Shown: positions 1 to 11,547 of the stretch, in pieces
Layout: every line of letters starts with the position of its first letter
Numbering within the stretch: the first letter of the stretch is position 1
Source: Methanobacteriota archaeon
Lineage (GTDB): Archaea; Methanobacteriota; Methanobacteria; Methanobacteriales; Methanobacteriaceae
Direction of reading: 5' to 3'
Assembly: GCA_963787255.1 (NCBI GenBank)
Contig: CAWBCJ010000024.1
Location: forward strand, 1-17,274
DNA: 17,274 nucleotides
Made by a program: the position numbers and the translations under genes
Notes under the pieces: generated by a model
Told to the model about the DNA's origin: nothing
Database searches by the model: none
The model's input: only the letters and a program-made list of their open reading frames with translations

Positions 1-1
1 T

Positions 2-385
2 TTCGATTTAATCAAAGTTTTAAGCAATGTTTTAACGTCAGTTTTCTATACCCTAGTAATTTATTTAGCTGTTAAAATATTCATTTACGGTGTAACTAAC
101 TTACATGAATCTTTTTTCAAATCTAAAACTTTTGATTTGATTAAAAAGATTTCTATAAGTTCTTATGCGACATATCTTATACATCCTATTATAGTCGGTA
201 TTTCCAAGGGAATATTTTTAATATATAATATTGCTGAGATATACGCCTGTCTTTTAATGGTTTTCTTTGTTTTTCCAGTTTCATTTTTAGTGGGTTATTA
301 TCTTCAATTTTGGGAGATTAAATTAACTGGAAAATTTTCAAAATATAGGAGTGCTGAACCCAAAAAAATAATGAAAAATAATTAG
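2..385 (+). CDS. Acyltransferase-3 (OafA-like) family membrane protein, 3' part only (runs off the window start)
   Basis: The frame is open from base 2 (FDLIKVLSNVLTSVFYTLVIYLAVK...) into ORF 137..385. It has hydrophobic helices and SYATYLIHP, matching the SYxxYLxH motif near the C-terminus of acyltransferase-3 proteins. Confidence 0.7.
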   Translation, partial: FDLIKVLSNVLTSVFYTLVIYLAVKIFIYGVTNLHESFFKSKTFDLIKKISISSYATYLIHPIIVGISKGIFLIYNIAEIYACLLMVFFVFPVSFLVGYYLQFWEIKLTGKFSKYRSAEPKKIMKNN

Positions 386-468
386 CATTCTTAGAACTTT
401 CATAGTTTGTAGTCTGTTAAAGGATTTTGGCTCTTGATAATCAAAACTAAAATGAAATATTCTCAATT

Positions 469-1024
469 TTAGCGATCTATTTTAGACCAACCTTTTGGCA
501 GAGGTTTATCTCTTTCAAGAACATCCAATGCCTTGGAAACTCTATTTCTAACTGCAGCACTTTTACTATTTTGAAGTAATCCTATTTTACCTATAATTCC
601 ATCTTTTTCATCTGGATTTTCCATAGCAAGAATTGTAAGGCTGGATATGGACCATGTTTTAACAAACACGCTTTTATCTTCAAGTAGATAAAAAAGAGTA
701 GAAATTATTTCCTTTTTTTCATTCGAAGTAAGATTTAAATTAGCAAATAGCATTGCCAGATGCCATAAAACAAAGGGCAGATGATCACTTTTAGCTAGAT
801 TCTATTAATTTGCCTGTAGAATCTTTAAAAAGTTCTGGATGTGCTCTTGATATTTTTTCTAAAGCATGAGCTGTTCTACCACGTACTAGATCATCTGTTT
901 CACTTAATCCATCGAATAATAAGCCAAAAAGTTCGGGGTTCTGGATAACATCCTCTGCTACTTCGTCAGCTGCACCATCAGAACGCATATCTCCTCCTTT
1001 TAGCAGTTCAAGAAGATCGTTCAT
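469..1024 (-). pseudogene. HEAT/ARM-repeat protein (about 184 aa if repaired), split by a 1-nt frameshift near 799
   Basis: ORFs 791..1024 and 469..753 join if one base is removed from GAA T CTA GCT, giving KLIE-LAKSDHLPFVLWHLAMLFANL. HEAT-like units include DDLVRGRTAHALEKI, KSVFVKTWSISSL and SAAVRNRVSKAL. Confidence 0.75.
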
Positions 1025-1090
1025 GTTAGATCCCTTTTCAATTAATATTTGGCTTTATTTATAAAAAAAAAGAAAAATTTTAATATATTT

Positions 1091-1411
1091 TTATTCAATT
1101 ATTTTGTAGAGTATTGCAACAGCTTTAGTAAATGCGGGTTTTCCTGCAGTTAAAAGAACAACCCTTAAAGCGTCCATTATCTCATCTTTTGTAATTCCAA
1201 GTTCTTTCATTCCACTAATCATCTGTTTTCGTATTGCTCTGTCATCAGAAGCTGCTGCATTTACAGCTATAGCTATTAGCTTTTGTGTTTTGTAATCAAG
1301 CACTTTGCCTGTATATGATGCATCATTTAAGTGTACAATGGCTTCATATAAATCTGGATAGTCTTTCTTAATATGTGGCATTCCTTTACTAAAAAATACT
1401 TCTTCTTTCAT
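1091..1411 (-). CDS. Carboxymuconolactone decarboxylase (CMD/AhpD-like) family protein
   Basis: 106 aa with LDYKTQKLIAIAV and ELGITKDEIMDAL...AGKP, typical CMD-fold motifs; GGAG RBS upstream. Confidence 0.85.
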   Translation of the reverse strand: MKEEVFFSKGMPHIKKDYPDLYEAIVHLNDASYTGKVLDYKTQKLIAIAVNAAASDDRAIRKQMISGMKELGITKDEIMDALRVVLLTAGKPAFTKAVAILYKIIE

Positions 1412-1596
1412 CTTTATTTCTCCATTAACTTATTTGAATATTTGAGTTTTTATTTAATTCAATATCATATTTTAATATGGATTTAGTAATATACATATCT
1501 TTTTATTCATTTAATCCATCAAAAAAGTCCTTAAATTCTACTAAAATTTAAAAAAAATATCTAATTTATTATTATAGTGCTGTTTCTATCAATAGG

Positions 1597-4512
1597 TTAT
1601 ATTCTTTCATCGTACTCATTTTCCTTAAAAATAATCACGAATTTTGTGCCAGAAGTTTTATCAAGGGTTATGATTCCATCAAGCTGTTCAACAAGATTAT
1701 TTACAAGTTGTAAACCTAAAGAATCTGTTTCTTTGAAATTAATTTCATCAGGAAATCCAATTCCATTATCTGCTACAGTTAAGGTATAATTTTCATCATC
1801 ATGCTTTAATTCAATTTCTATTTTGTATTTACCAAATTCAAGGATTTCAGAAGATTCTTTTAATGATTTAGAGGTTTTAAACCATGGAAAAGCGTGTTTT
1901 AAACAGTTTGTTACCAATTCATTTATGATTAGGCCGCAGGGAATAGCAGTATTAATGTCAAAGGATACATCATCAATTTTATTATGTAATTTTATCATGT
2001 TTGGACTTATTTTATAGTTGTAAAAAAGGTTTTCAGTTAAATCATTAACATAATCTCCAAAATTAATTTTCACCAAGCAATCTGATTTGTAAAGCTTTTC
2101 GTGAATCATAGCCATGGATTTAACACGGTTTTGACTTTCTGTAAAGATATCCAGTGTTTCATCGTCATTTATATAGTTTGATTGAAGGTTTAATAGACTT
2201 GAAATTATCTGTAGGTTGTTTTTGACCCTATGGTGAATTTCTCTTAATAAAACTTCTTTTTCTTTTAATGATGATTTAATTTCTTTTTCGGCTTTTTTAC
2301 GTTCAGTATCATCTCTTGCAGCTGCAAAAACTCCAACAACATTCCCATCATCGTCTTTATAAACTGAAGCATTGTAAGAAACGGATGTCACTCCACCATC
2401 CTTATTTTTAATCTCCAATTCATAGTTCCTCACAATTTCATCTTTGAAAACCCTTTGATAACCTTCCCTGGCTTTTTCAGGCTCTGTGAAGTAATCAGAA
2501 AAATCAGTCCCAATAAGCTGTTTTCGAGAATATCCAGTAATCATCTCAGTGGCACTGTTTACGTCTGTAATTTCACCATCCGGCCCAATAGTAACCAGTG
2601 GATCCAAACTAGATTCAATAAGACCTCTATGATAAATATTGGTTCTTTTAATTTGTTCTTCAGCTTTTTTACGGTCAGTAATATCAGATACCAATGCTAA
2701 AAGGCCTATTTTATTTTTATTTTCGTCTCGAATTATTGATGTTTCTATACTGGTGTAAATTTTTTTCCCATCTTTTTTAATAAATTTAAAGTCACGCTGA
2801 CTAGAAATATCATTTTTAAATCCATAAAGATATTCTTTTGTCTTTTCAACAAAATTTTCATCAATAAATGATGCAAGAGGTTTTCCTGTCATCTCTTCAA
2901 CAGTATAATCTAACATTTCTGCCATTCGTGAGTTAACAAAGGTTGTAATGCCTTCTAAATCTAGGGCCCATATGCCTTCGTGGGCATTTTCAACTAGTTG
3001 CCTGTATTTTTCTTTGCTTTTTCGAAGTGCTTTTATAGATTTCTTTTTAGGAGTAATATCTAAAAGCGACACTAAACTCTTTTTTGTTCCCGGAATCATG
3101 GCAATTGTTGTAAAAACATCTTTTATATTTCCATTTCTATCAATAAATTTAAATTCGTAGTTTCTAGGGGCTAGATCCTGATTGACTCTTCTTTGATTGT
3201 GATATTCTTCCATTTTCTGGAGATAATTTTCTTCAACGAATTCTTTCCAGCTCATTTTACCTTCTATTTCATCCTTTGAATATCCATATAGTTTTTCAAA
3301 TTCTGAATTTACGAGGGATATAGTAGTATCTTCTTCAACGATTAATGTTGCAGTCCCGGTATTTTCAAATATGGTTTTATAATAAGCTTCATTTTCTTTT
3401 AGAGCAATTTCTGATTTTTTTCGTTTGGTTACGTCATCATAAACTGCAACTATCTCTCCTGAAGGTAATTTGTAAACATAGTTTTTTCTCCAGCCGATAA
3501 TTCTTTGATCCTCATAACGTGAGGCTGGAAAATGTTCTGGCGTTCCGGTTTTCCACACTCTTTGCATTACTTCAAAAAGACCGAATTCTTTAACTCCAGG
3601 GAATAATTCAAGCACTCTTTTACCAAGTACATCTTCTTTTTTTATATTTTCAATTTTTTCTGCAGATTTGTTAAAATCTTTAAAAATGAAATCAGAACCA
3701 TCTTTTAATGGTTTATATACAGCAACACCACTGCTCATATTATTAAACAATTCCCTGAATTTATTTTCACTGTATTTCAAATCTTTTTGAGCTTTTTTAC
3801 GATCTGAAATATCTACTCCCATAATAGATAATCTTGATACATCTCCGTTTTCATTTGAAATAGGATAAATTCGGTATTCGTAAAATTTTCCAAGACCTTC
3901 ATCTTCAAAACTAACAATTTCACCAGTTTCAATGGCTTTTTTAACACATTTTCTCCTGTATTCAGCTTTTTCTGGAGGTGAAATGTCATATATATTAGCA
4001 TTAACCACATTTCCCAGTATATTTTCTGTATATTTGTTTATATACTCTATATTACCATCTAAATCTATCAAAAATGCAGGTTCATTAATTGCATTTAAAA
4101 AAGCGTTTAAATTTTCTCCACTTTCCTTTAATTTACATCCAATGTGGTGATTATGAAGAGCAGTTTCTATTGTGCTCTTTAAATCTCCATCGCTGAAGGG
4201 TTTAGTAATATAACCATGAGGTCTGGTTAATTTAGCTTTTTCTAGTGTTTCATTGTCAAAATAAGCAGTTAAATATACTATAGGAATGTTAAAGCGTTGA
4301 GTTATCGTATCAGCTGCTTCAATACCGTCTATTTCTCCTTTAAGTACGATGTCCATCAAAATTAAATCTGGTTTCAGTTGTGCTTTTTCGATGGCTCCGT
4401 TACCGTATGATTCGATAGCAAGCACGCTGTAACCTAAACGTTCTAGTTTATGTTTAATGGCTAAAGCGGTAATGCGCTCATCTTCAACAATAAGAATCTT
4501 TGCATCTGGCAT
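1597..4512 (-). CDS. Hybrid sensor histidine kinase: N-terminal receiver, about five PAS/PAC domains, HisKA_2 and HATPase
   Basis: Receiver motifs KILIVEDE, PDLILMDI and YITKPF; repeated PAC ends (DISDRK, DVTKRK, DITPKK, DITDRK, DDTERK); H-box EIHHRVKNNLQ; N-box NELVTNCLKHAF; G-boxes DNGIGFP and SLGLQLV. No transmembrane segment is evident. Confidence 0.95.
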   Translation of the reverse strand: MPDAKILIVEDERITALAIKHKLERLGYSVLAIESYGNGAIEKAQLKPDLILMDIVLKGEIDGIEAADTITQRFNIPIVYLTAYFDNETLEKAKLTRPHGYITKPFSDGDLKSTIETALHNHHIGCKLKESGENLNAFLNAINEPAFLIDLDGNIEYINKYTENILGNVVNANIYDISPPEKAEYRRKCVKKAIETGEIVSFEDEGLGKFYEYRIYPISNENGDVSRLSIMGVDISDRKKAQKDLKYSENKFRELFNNMSSGVAVYKPLKDGSDFIFKDFNKSAEKIENIKKEDVLGKRVLELFPGVKEFGLFEVMQRVWKTGTPEHFPASRYEDQRIIGWRKNYVYKLPSGEIVAVYDDVTKRKKSEIALKENEAYYKTIFENTGTATLIVEEDTTISLVNSEFEKLYGYSKDEIEGKMSWKEFVEENYLQKMEEYHNQRRVNQDLAPRNYEFKFIDRNGNIKDVFTTIAMIPGTKKSLVSLLDITPKKKSIKALRKSKEKYRQLVENAHEGIWALDLEGITTFVNSRMAEMLDYTVEEMTGKPLASFIDENFVEKTKEYLYGFKNDISSQRDFKFIKKDGKKIYTSIETSIIRDENKNKIGLLALVSDITDRKKAEEQIKRTNIYHRGLIESSLDPLVTIGPDGEITDVNSATEMITGYSRKQLIGTDFSDYFTEPEKAREGYQRVFKDEIVRNYELEIKNKDGGVTSVSYNASVYKDDDGNVVGVFAAARDDTERKKAEKEIKSSLKEKEVLLREIHHRVKNNLQIISSLLNLQSNYINDDETLDIFTESQNRVKSMAMIHEKLYKSDCLVKINFGDYVNDLTENLFYNYKISPNMIKLHNKIDDVSFDINTAIPCGLIINELVTNCLKHAFPWFKTSKSLKESSEILEFGKYKIEIELKHDDENYTLTVADNGIGFPDEINFKETDSLGLQLVNNLVEQLDGIITLDKTSGTKFVIIFKENEYDERI

Positions 4513-4708
4513 TTATTACACATTCTTTATTATCATTACAATAATTGATTTGAAAAACTGTACTATAAATTTATCGATTTATTGATAAAATTACCATAAA
4601 AAAAGAGAAAAAGAATTAACTAAAAAGATTAGGGATAATTTAAACTAATTATATGAATCTTAATTAAGTAAAAAAAACTAATTAAAATTAGTATTATGAA
4701 AAAAAAAT

Positions 4709-5209
<501 letters not shown>

Positions 5210-6049
5210 TTAATTCTCAAAATGATCCTTTAACTTCTTTCTTGCTTCTCCTATGGTTAAGGGGTATGGTTTCTCAAAAGGCAGTTGATCCTCTTTTTGC
5301 AGTATCTCCATGAGATGAGCAATCCTTGGAAGTCTTAAATTAGCATCTCTAATGGTTTTAACATCTTCAAAAACTTCCTGAGGGCTTCCTTTCTTAATAA
5401 TTCTCCCATCACTAATTATATACACTTGATAAGCATAAAGAGGCACCAGATCCACGTCATGAGTTGATATAATAATGGTCATTCCTTCCTTATTCAATTC
5501 ATATAATATTCTCAGGATCTGAGATGCTCCCTTAGGATCAAGACCTGAGGTGGGCTCGTCAAGCACCATAATCTTTGGTTTCATGGCCAGTATACCTGCA
5601 ATGGCAACTCTCTTCTTTTGACCTCCGCTTAAATGGTGAGGAGCTTTCTTTTTATACTCTGCCATTCCCACACGCTTAAGTGCTTCATCAACCCTCTTTT
5701 CAACTTCTTCTTTGGACAAACCCATATTCATAGGTCCAAAAGCCACATCTTCAACTACTGTAGGTGCAAAAAGTTGATCATCAGGATTTTGAAAGACTAT
5801 CCCCACCTTCTGCCGCACTTTCATGAGATTCTTTTTATCGTACTTAATTTCATCATCATTTACAATAATACTTCCTGAAGTTGGCCTTAAAATGCCGTTA
5901 AAATGTAAAAAAAGTGTGGATTTACCTGCACCGTTTGGCCCAAGAAGCGCTACAATTTTACCTTCTGCAGCTTTAAAATTAACTTTTTTCAAGGCTTCAG
6001 TGCCGTCAGGATAATGATAAGTGATGTCTTTAGTTTCTATAATATTCAT
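5210..6049 (-). CDS. cbiO: Cobalt ECF transporter ATPase
   Basis: Walker A GPNGAGKST, Q-loop FQNPDDQLF, signature LSGGQKKR, Walker B IMVLDEPT; adjacent to cbiQ and cbiM; GGTGA RBS. Confidence 0.93.
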   Translation of the reverse strand: MNIIETKDITYHYPDGTEALKKVNFKAAEGKIVALLGPNGAGKSTLFLHFNGILRPTSGSIIVNDDEIKYDKKNLMKVRQKVGIVFQNPDDQLFAPTVVEDVAFGPMNMGLSKEEVEKRVDEALKRVGMAEYKKKAPHHLSGGQKKRVAIAGILAMKPKIMVLDEPTSGLDPKGASQILRILYELNKEGMTIIISTHDVDLVPLYAYQVYIISDGRIIKKGSPQEVFEDVKTIRDANLRLPRIAHLMEILQKEDQLPFEKPYPLTIGEARKKLKDHFEN

Positions 6050-6255
6050 GGATTCACCTGTAATTAATAAATTAGATCCATTATGATTTAATTTTAATTA
6101 TAATTTCAATAGTTTCAACTTTACCATTTCATTAAATATAAAATATCTAATTTTAACATTATATTTGAAATTAGAGAATCACTGAATTTTAATTAAGGCT
6201 TCTATATATAATTGAATTTTCAACTTTAGTAAAAAAGATGATTAAATCCATTTAA

Positions 6256-7035
6256 TCACATGATTTTTAAGCCCCAAGTTAAATAAGTGCCTAATAACAG
6301 GAATGTTTCAAATGATAATAGTAATATTATATTTTTAACACTAATTTTCTCATGGGTTTTAAATGATTTAATAGAGCCATCATAACACCTTGATTCCATT
6401 GCAATATATGCTTGTTCTCCTTTAAGCCATGTTCTTATAAAAAGATTGCTTGATAACATTCCTAATGATTTATACGTGTTTTTAAGGCTTCCATAACCCA
6501 TACGTGTTTTTTGAGAGTTGTACATATTTTCTGCCTCTTCTAAAAACAGAAATATATAACGATACATGAGCATAGCAATTTCAATTACTATTTGTGGTAC
6601 TTTTAAACCTTCAAAAATGAAAAACATTTCGTTCATTGGTGTTGTAAGAGTTAAAAATGCAAGACATGAAAATCCTCCCATAATTCTGCTAAAAACCAGA
6701 AATCCGAGGTTAAAACCATCTAAAGTTACTGAAAGATTGAATATTCCCAGTTCGAAGATGTGTGCACCGACTCCAAAGAAAAAAGCCATGAAAATAAATG
6801 TTAAGAATCCAAAAAAGAATGGAATAGCCAGAAATTTAAGATAAAATCTCAAAGGAATTTTAGCTTTGAAAATAATTAAAAATGACATTAAAAAAGTTAT
6901 AAATAATGGTATTACTGGTGATGTGGATATTAAGCTCACTAACATGGTTAAAATTGCAAATAAAACCTTAAAATATGTATTCGTGTTTTTAAGACCGTTT
7001 GAATGAGCATAACTGTCTAATGTATTTTCAAACAT
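6256..7035 (-). CDS. cbiQ: Cobalt ECF transporter T component
   Basis: Multi-TM protein with LTTPM, LMYRYIFLF, SQKTRMGY and AMESRCYDG (the two conserved X-R-X motifs); GGTGA RBS. Confidence 0.92.
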   Translation of the reverse strand: MFENTLDSYAHSNGLKNTNTYFKVLFAILTMLVSLISTSPVIPLFITFLMSFLIIFKAKIPLRFYLKFLAIPFFFGFLTFIFMAFFFGVGAHIFELGIFNLSVTLDGFNLGFLVFSRIMGGFSCLAFLTLTTPMNEMFFIFEGLKVPQIVIEIAMLMYRYIFLFLEEAENMYNSQKTRMGYGSLKNTYKSLGMLSSNLFIRTWLKGEQAYIAMESRCYDGSIKSFKTHEKISVKNIILLLSFETFLLLGTYLTWGLKIM

Positions 7036-7055
7036 TAAATCACCAATTTAATACA

Positions 7056-8078
7056 CTATTTAGCATTTTTTACAGTTTTATCTGCTTTTTCAGCCATTCT
7101 TTTTCTTTCTTTAGCTTGTCCTTTGTAATATCCTAAGACATAACCTATTATAATAGCTCCAATGGCTGCCTGCAATGCAAATAAAAGACTTTCTATAGCA
7201 CCGCTTGGCGGTTCCCATATGGAACTGAACCATGGTTGATACCCAGTTTCTTCAATAGCCGCGCCAGCTACATCATCAGAACCGCCAAAGTAACTTTGAT
7301 CTTCTCCCATACTGTTATAAATGGCAAGAGGGATAATTGCAATTATTGCAACTAAACATAATAAAATAATAGGCTTCTTCTCCACCATTTTTAGACCACC
7401 GTCCTTGACAGTTTCTTTTATTTTTGGCCCTATTACTTTTAAATTTTCTAAGATGTCAGGTCTTAGTTTCACAAGGTAATCAAAGATTACAACAGTTAAA
7501 AGACCTTCAGCAATTGCTAGAGGTACTTGAGTATAGGCAAAGATTACCATGAACTTGAAAAAAGCGTCTCCAAATGTGGGTATAGGAAAAGCCAGTGATA
7601 GCTGTGTTGCAGTGGTCACATAAGTTAACCAGTCTCCCATTACTGCTGCTAAAAATACTCCTATTGAAGGAGCCCAACCTATCTTCTTAACGCCTTTGTA
7701 CACAAGCCATGCAGCCAATGGGCCTACAATACCCATGGAGAAAATATTAGCACCAAGAGTAGTTATTCCGCCGTGTGCCAGAAGCAGTGCCTGGAAAACT
7801 AGAACAATTGACCCTAAAACACAGGTAACTGCCGGTCCAAACAATACAGCACTTAAACCAGTGCCTGTAGGATGAGAAGAACTCCCTGTAACTGAAGGAA
7901 GTTTTAAAGATGATAAAATAAATATAAATGCGCCTGAAACTGCTAGTAATGGTTTTGATTCGGGATTTTCGTCTGTAATCTTTTTAATTTGAATGACACC
8001 GTATGCAACTACTGGTAGTGCAACTATATACCAGAATAAGCACCATTGCCAGGGTAAAAATCCTTCCATTATATGCAT
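7056..8078 (-). CDS. cbiM: Cobalt ECF S component CbiM fused in frame to CbiN (CbiN moiety 7056..7388)
   Basis: The canonical CbiM N-terminus MHIMEGFLP starts at ATG 8078 behind a GGAGA RBS (8086-8090); SSSHPTG and [11 protein letters not shown] are present. The C-terminal part carries CbiN motifs [36 protein letters not shown]. Confidence 0.9.
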   Translation of the reverse strand: MHIMEGFLPWQWCLFWYIVALPVVAYGVIQIKKITDENPESKPLLAVSGAFIFILSSLKLPSVTGSSSHPTGTGLSAVLFGPAVTCVLGSIVLVFQALLLAHGGITTLGANIFSMGIVGPLAAWLVYKGVKKIGWAPSIGVFLAAVMGDWLTYVTTATQLSLAFPIPTFGDAFFKFMVIFAYTQVPLAIAEGLLTVVIFDYLVKLRPDILENLKVIGPKIKETVKDGGLKMVEKKPIILLCLVAIIAIIPLAIYNSMGEDQSYFGGSDDVAGAAIEETGYQPWFSSIWEPPSGAIESLLFALQAAIGAIIIGYVLGYYKGQAKERKRMAEKADKTVKNAK

Positions 8079-8103
8079 GTTCAAATCTCCTTTACTTTTT
8101 CTA

Positions 8104-8872
<769 letters not shown>

Positions 8873-8880
8873 TGCCCTAA

Positions 8881-8888
8881 TTTTTTTT
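8881..8888 (+). terminator. Oligo-T archaeal terminator candidate after pyrF
   Basis: A T8 run begins 9 nt after the pyrF stop, between convergent genes. Confidence 0.4.
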
Positions 8889-8935
8889 AAAGAATGAATA
8901 TTATTAGCATAATTTAAGAAGTTCAGAATCTGTAA

Positions 8936-9523
8936 TTATACAATAATGCTATAAATTCTATTATAAATAGCGTCAAATTTCAAACCAGCAAATTCATAGG
9001 CTAATTCAAATGTCAAAAACAATACCAAGGTTTGAATGGCCATAAAATGAACTCCATAAATCTGGAAAGCTGGATAAAAACTGCTTATAAGTCCAAATAG
9101 TACCAAGATGAGAATTGCAGTTTTAAGAGTAAATCTGTATTCAAAAAAAGTTTCTAAAATCTTGCTTTTTCCATAAATTCTTTTGTTATCGTTTCCAATT
9201 TCGTCAATATAAGCTGCAACTGCACATATTGCCAATGTCCCTATTCCTATTGCTGGAAAACCAAGTAAAAATGCAATTAATAAAAATATAATAGCTGTAA
9301 CAATATGGTTAATGCAGTTAATCTTTTTTGCAAGGAAAGTACCAATAAAAACTCCAAAGAATATGTATGCAGCATCCAGACTAACTGTAACCAAATATCC
9401 CAAGAATACTCCACATAAAACTCCTGCAAGAATTCCCAGTAGCTTATTATTCTTTTTATCATGCATATCGTCGGATATTTTCATGAAAAACCCCGATAAC
9501 GGGTAAAGCAATATTTCTAACAA
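8936..9523 (-). CDS. Multi-pass membrane protein of unknown function
   Basis: 195 aa, TTG start behind a GGAGAG RBS, several hydrophobic helices and polar motifs (SGFFMKISDD, AYIDEIGND); co-oriented downstream of dys. Confidence 0.8.
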   Translation of the reverse strand: MLEILLYPLSGFFMKISDDMHDKKNNKLLGILAGVLCGVFLGYLVTVSLDAAYIFFGVFIGTFLAKKINCINHIVTAIIFLLIAFLLGFPAIGIGTLAICAVAAYIDEIGNDNKRIYGKSKILETFFEYRFTLKTAILILVLFGLISSFYPAFQIYGVHFMAIQTLVLFLTFELAYEFAGLKFDAIYNRIYSIIV

Positions 9524-9611
9524 ATCATCTCTCCTTAAATATAGTTTCTAACCCTGATTAATTTATAAAAAAGTTAATTAGAAGATAATTATTAAATCAA
9601 TATAATTTTAT

Positions 9612-10538
9612 TTATTTTTCTTTATTTATAATTTCCATTGCCCCTGCAACCATCATTGGAAATATTATAGTCACATCTCCAATTACAGTCACGAGATTAG
9701 AACCAGCTTTAGCTTTAGCCCATGACTTTGCTTCCTCTAAAGGCGCGCCACTTAAACTCCCAGTTTCACTTCGATCCATTGTAACTTGAATACCGGCATC
9801 AACACCCCCTTTAAGTAAATTAGATGCTAAAGCGTAATGTTTAGGTAGTCCTCCTCCAAGCATAACTGCAGAAACCTTTTTTGATCCAAAAACAATGTCT
9901 GAAAGCTCATGCATATCCGCAACAGCGTCAAGATGGAATTCATTATCCTGAGTGAACATCCAAAGCTGCAAACCAAGCATACTATCAATTAAGCCCGGCG
10001 AGTAAATAGGAACACCTTCATCTGCTGCTATTTTAAGTATAGAATCCTCATCGTCAATTATATTCCCAATTTCAAATAAAAATTCCCGTATAGATATAAT
10101 CTTCTTTTTACTTGCAATTTCAGCTAAAATTTCTGTTATCTTCCTTTCAAAAACTTCAAAATCATCGGATTTAGTGTATAAATCACCAATTCTTCCCATA
10201 CCCTGCTCGCACAATTCTTCATCATCCGCATGCATTCCCCGGTAGTGACTGCCTCCAAAGGATTCCACAAGGTCATGAGTTATATTGGCACCGCTTGTTA
10301 TCAAAACGTCCACATAACCCTCTTTTATCAAATCTGCAATGATTTTTCTAAGTCCTCCAGGGACAATAGGACCAGCAACACTTAAAAATATGGCAGTATC
10401 CTCATCTTCAATTGAATCTGCAAGTAAATGCGTAGCTCTGGCCAGTTTACCAGCACCAAGAACTCCGGACCTGCCCATTTCTTCAATTAAGTCAAGAACG
10501 GTCATTTTGTCTTTAATTTCCATGTGTTTAATCTTCAT
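9612..10538 (-). CDS. dys: Deoxyhypusine synthase
   Basis: ITSGANITHD, GMGRIGD, LGGGLPKH and GSLSGAPLEEAKSWAK (active-site Lys; EAxSWGK variant). Confidence 0.93.
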   Translation of the reverse strand: MKIKHMEIKDKMTVLDLIEEMGRSGVLGAGKLARATHLLADSIEDEDTAIFLSVAGPIVPGGLRKIIADLIKEGYVDVLITSGANITHDLVESFGGSHYRGMHADDEELCEQGMGRIGDLYTKSDDFEVFERKITEILAEIASKKKIISIREFLFEIGNIIDDEDSILKIAADEGVPIYSPGLIDSMLGLQLWMFTQDNEFHLDAVADMHELSDIVFGSKKVSAVMLGGGLPKHYALASNLLKGGVDAGIQVTMDRSETGSLSGAPLEEAKSWAKAKAGSNLVTVIGDVTIIFPMMVAGAMEIINKEK

Positions 10539-10632
10539 ATATATTCAACCTATAAAAATGATAAAAGTGAGTAAAAATAAAATGTAAAAGTAATTTTAGA
10601 GCATATTCAAAATAGATTTTTGGGTCATATAA

Positions 10633-11514
10633 TTACTTTAAACCAGCAATTTTATCTAAAAGATCTGTTCTTGTAACAATTCCAACAGGGATTTTATCAT
10701 TGTCTACAACAATAAGACGGCCTATTTTATTTTTGTTCATGATTTCAATGGCATCAGAAATCATTAATTCTTCTTCAACGGTTACTATGTGCTTTGACAT
10801 TACTTCCATCACTTTCAAGCGTTCGTTGCCTTCAGCAATAGCTTTGGTTATATCACTTAATGTCAAAATCCCCAAAACCTCATGGTCTTGAATTACAGGT
10901 GCTCCTTCAATCTCATTGATTGATAAAATACCTGCAGCCTCTTTTATGCTCATTTCGGGCTTTAATATTATTAAATTCTTGCTTGCAACTTGCATTACAG
11001 ATTTATGAGGAATACTCCTTATGCTGGTAGTATCAAGGAGTAAAAGATTATCCATATCATCTCTTCCAACCACCATACCGTTCACTACAAGCTTATTTAC
11101 AGGTGTTGGGCCAATCCTTATCTTATCTCCAAGATCAAGCTGTTTTATATTACCTATAACTTTAATTGCAGCCTCACATTCTCCAGGATGAGGAATACTT
11201 GTAAACTCTATCTTTGCAACAGTTAAATCTCCCACCTTTTCCCCATCTTTGAATAAAGGTACCATGGCCTCATTATCCATAGCACTGATATTTAATGTGT
11301 GATAAGCTTCGATGGTTGGCTTATACCCACCTCGAGGACCTGGAACGCCCTTTACAAGACCTAAACTTCTTAAAGATTGCATCTGATTCCTTATTGTTCC
11401 GGGATTACGATTCATAATTTCGGCAATTTCTTCCCCTTTAATGGACTTGCCTTTAGATTTTCTATATAGATTTATCAAACTTTGCAATATTTCTTTCTGG
11501 ACGGATGTGAGCAT
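10633..11514 (-). CDS. Predicted transcriptional regulator with an N-terminal HrcA-like winged HTH and a C-terminal CBS pair (COG2524-like)
   Basis: MLTSVQKEILQSLI...NPGTIRNQMQSLRSLGLVKGVPGPRGGYKPT, then CBS motifs GAPVI...GILTLSDI and IGRLIVVD...GIVTRTDL. Confidence 0.88.
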   Translation of the reverse strand: MLTSVQKEILQSLINLYRKSKGKSIKGEEIAEIMNRNPGTIRNQMQSLRSLGLVKGVPGPRGGYKPTIEAYHTLNISAMDNEAMVPLFKDGEKVGDLTVAKIEFTSIPHPGECEAAIKVIGNIKQLDLGDKIRIGPTPVNKLVVNGMVVGRDDMDNLLLLDTTSIRSIPHKSVMQVASKNLIILKPEMSIKEAAGILSINEIEGAPVIQDHEVLGILTLSDITKAIAEGNERLKVMEVMSKHIVTVEEELMISDAIEIMNKNKIGRLIVVDNDKIPVGIVTRTDLLDKIAGLK

Positions 11515-11547
11515 GGGACCACCCTAAATAATTTGTTATTATTTATA

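Noticed and set aside
1597-4512. REC-multi-PAS-HisKA_2 architecture as a novelty
   Set aside because: This kinase type is common and expanded in Methanobacteriales.
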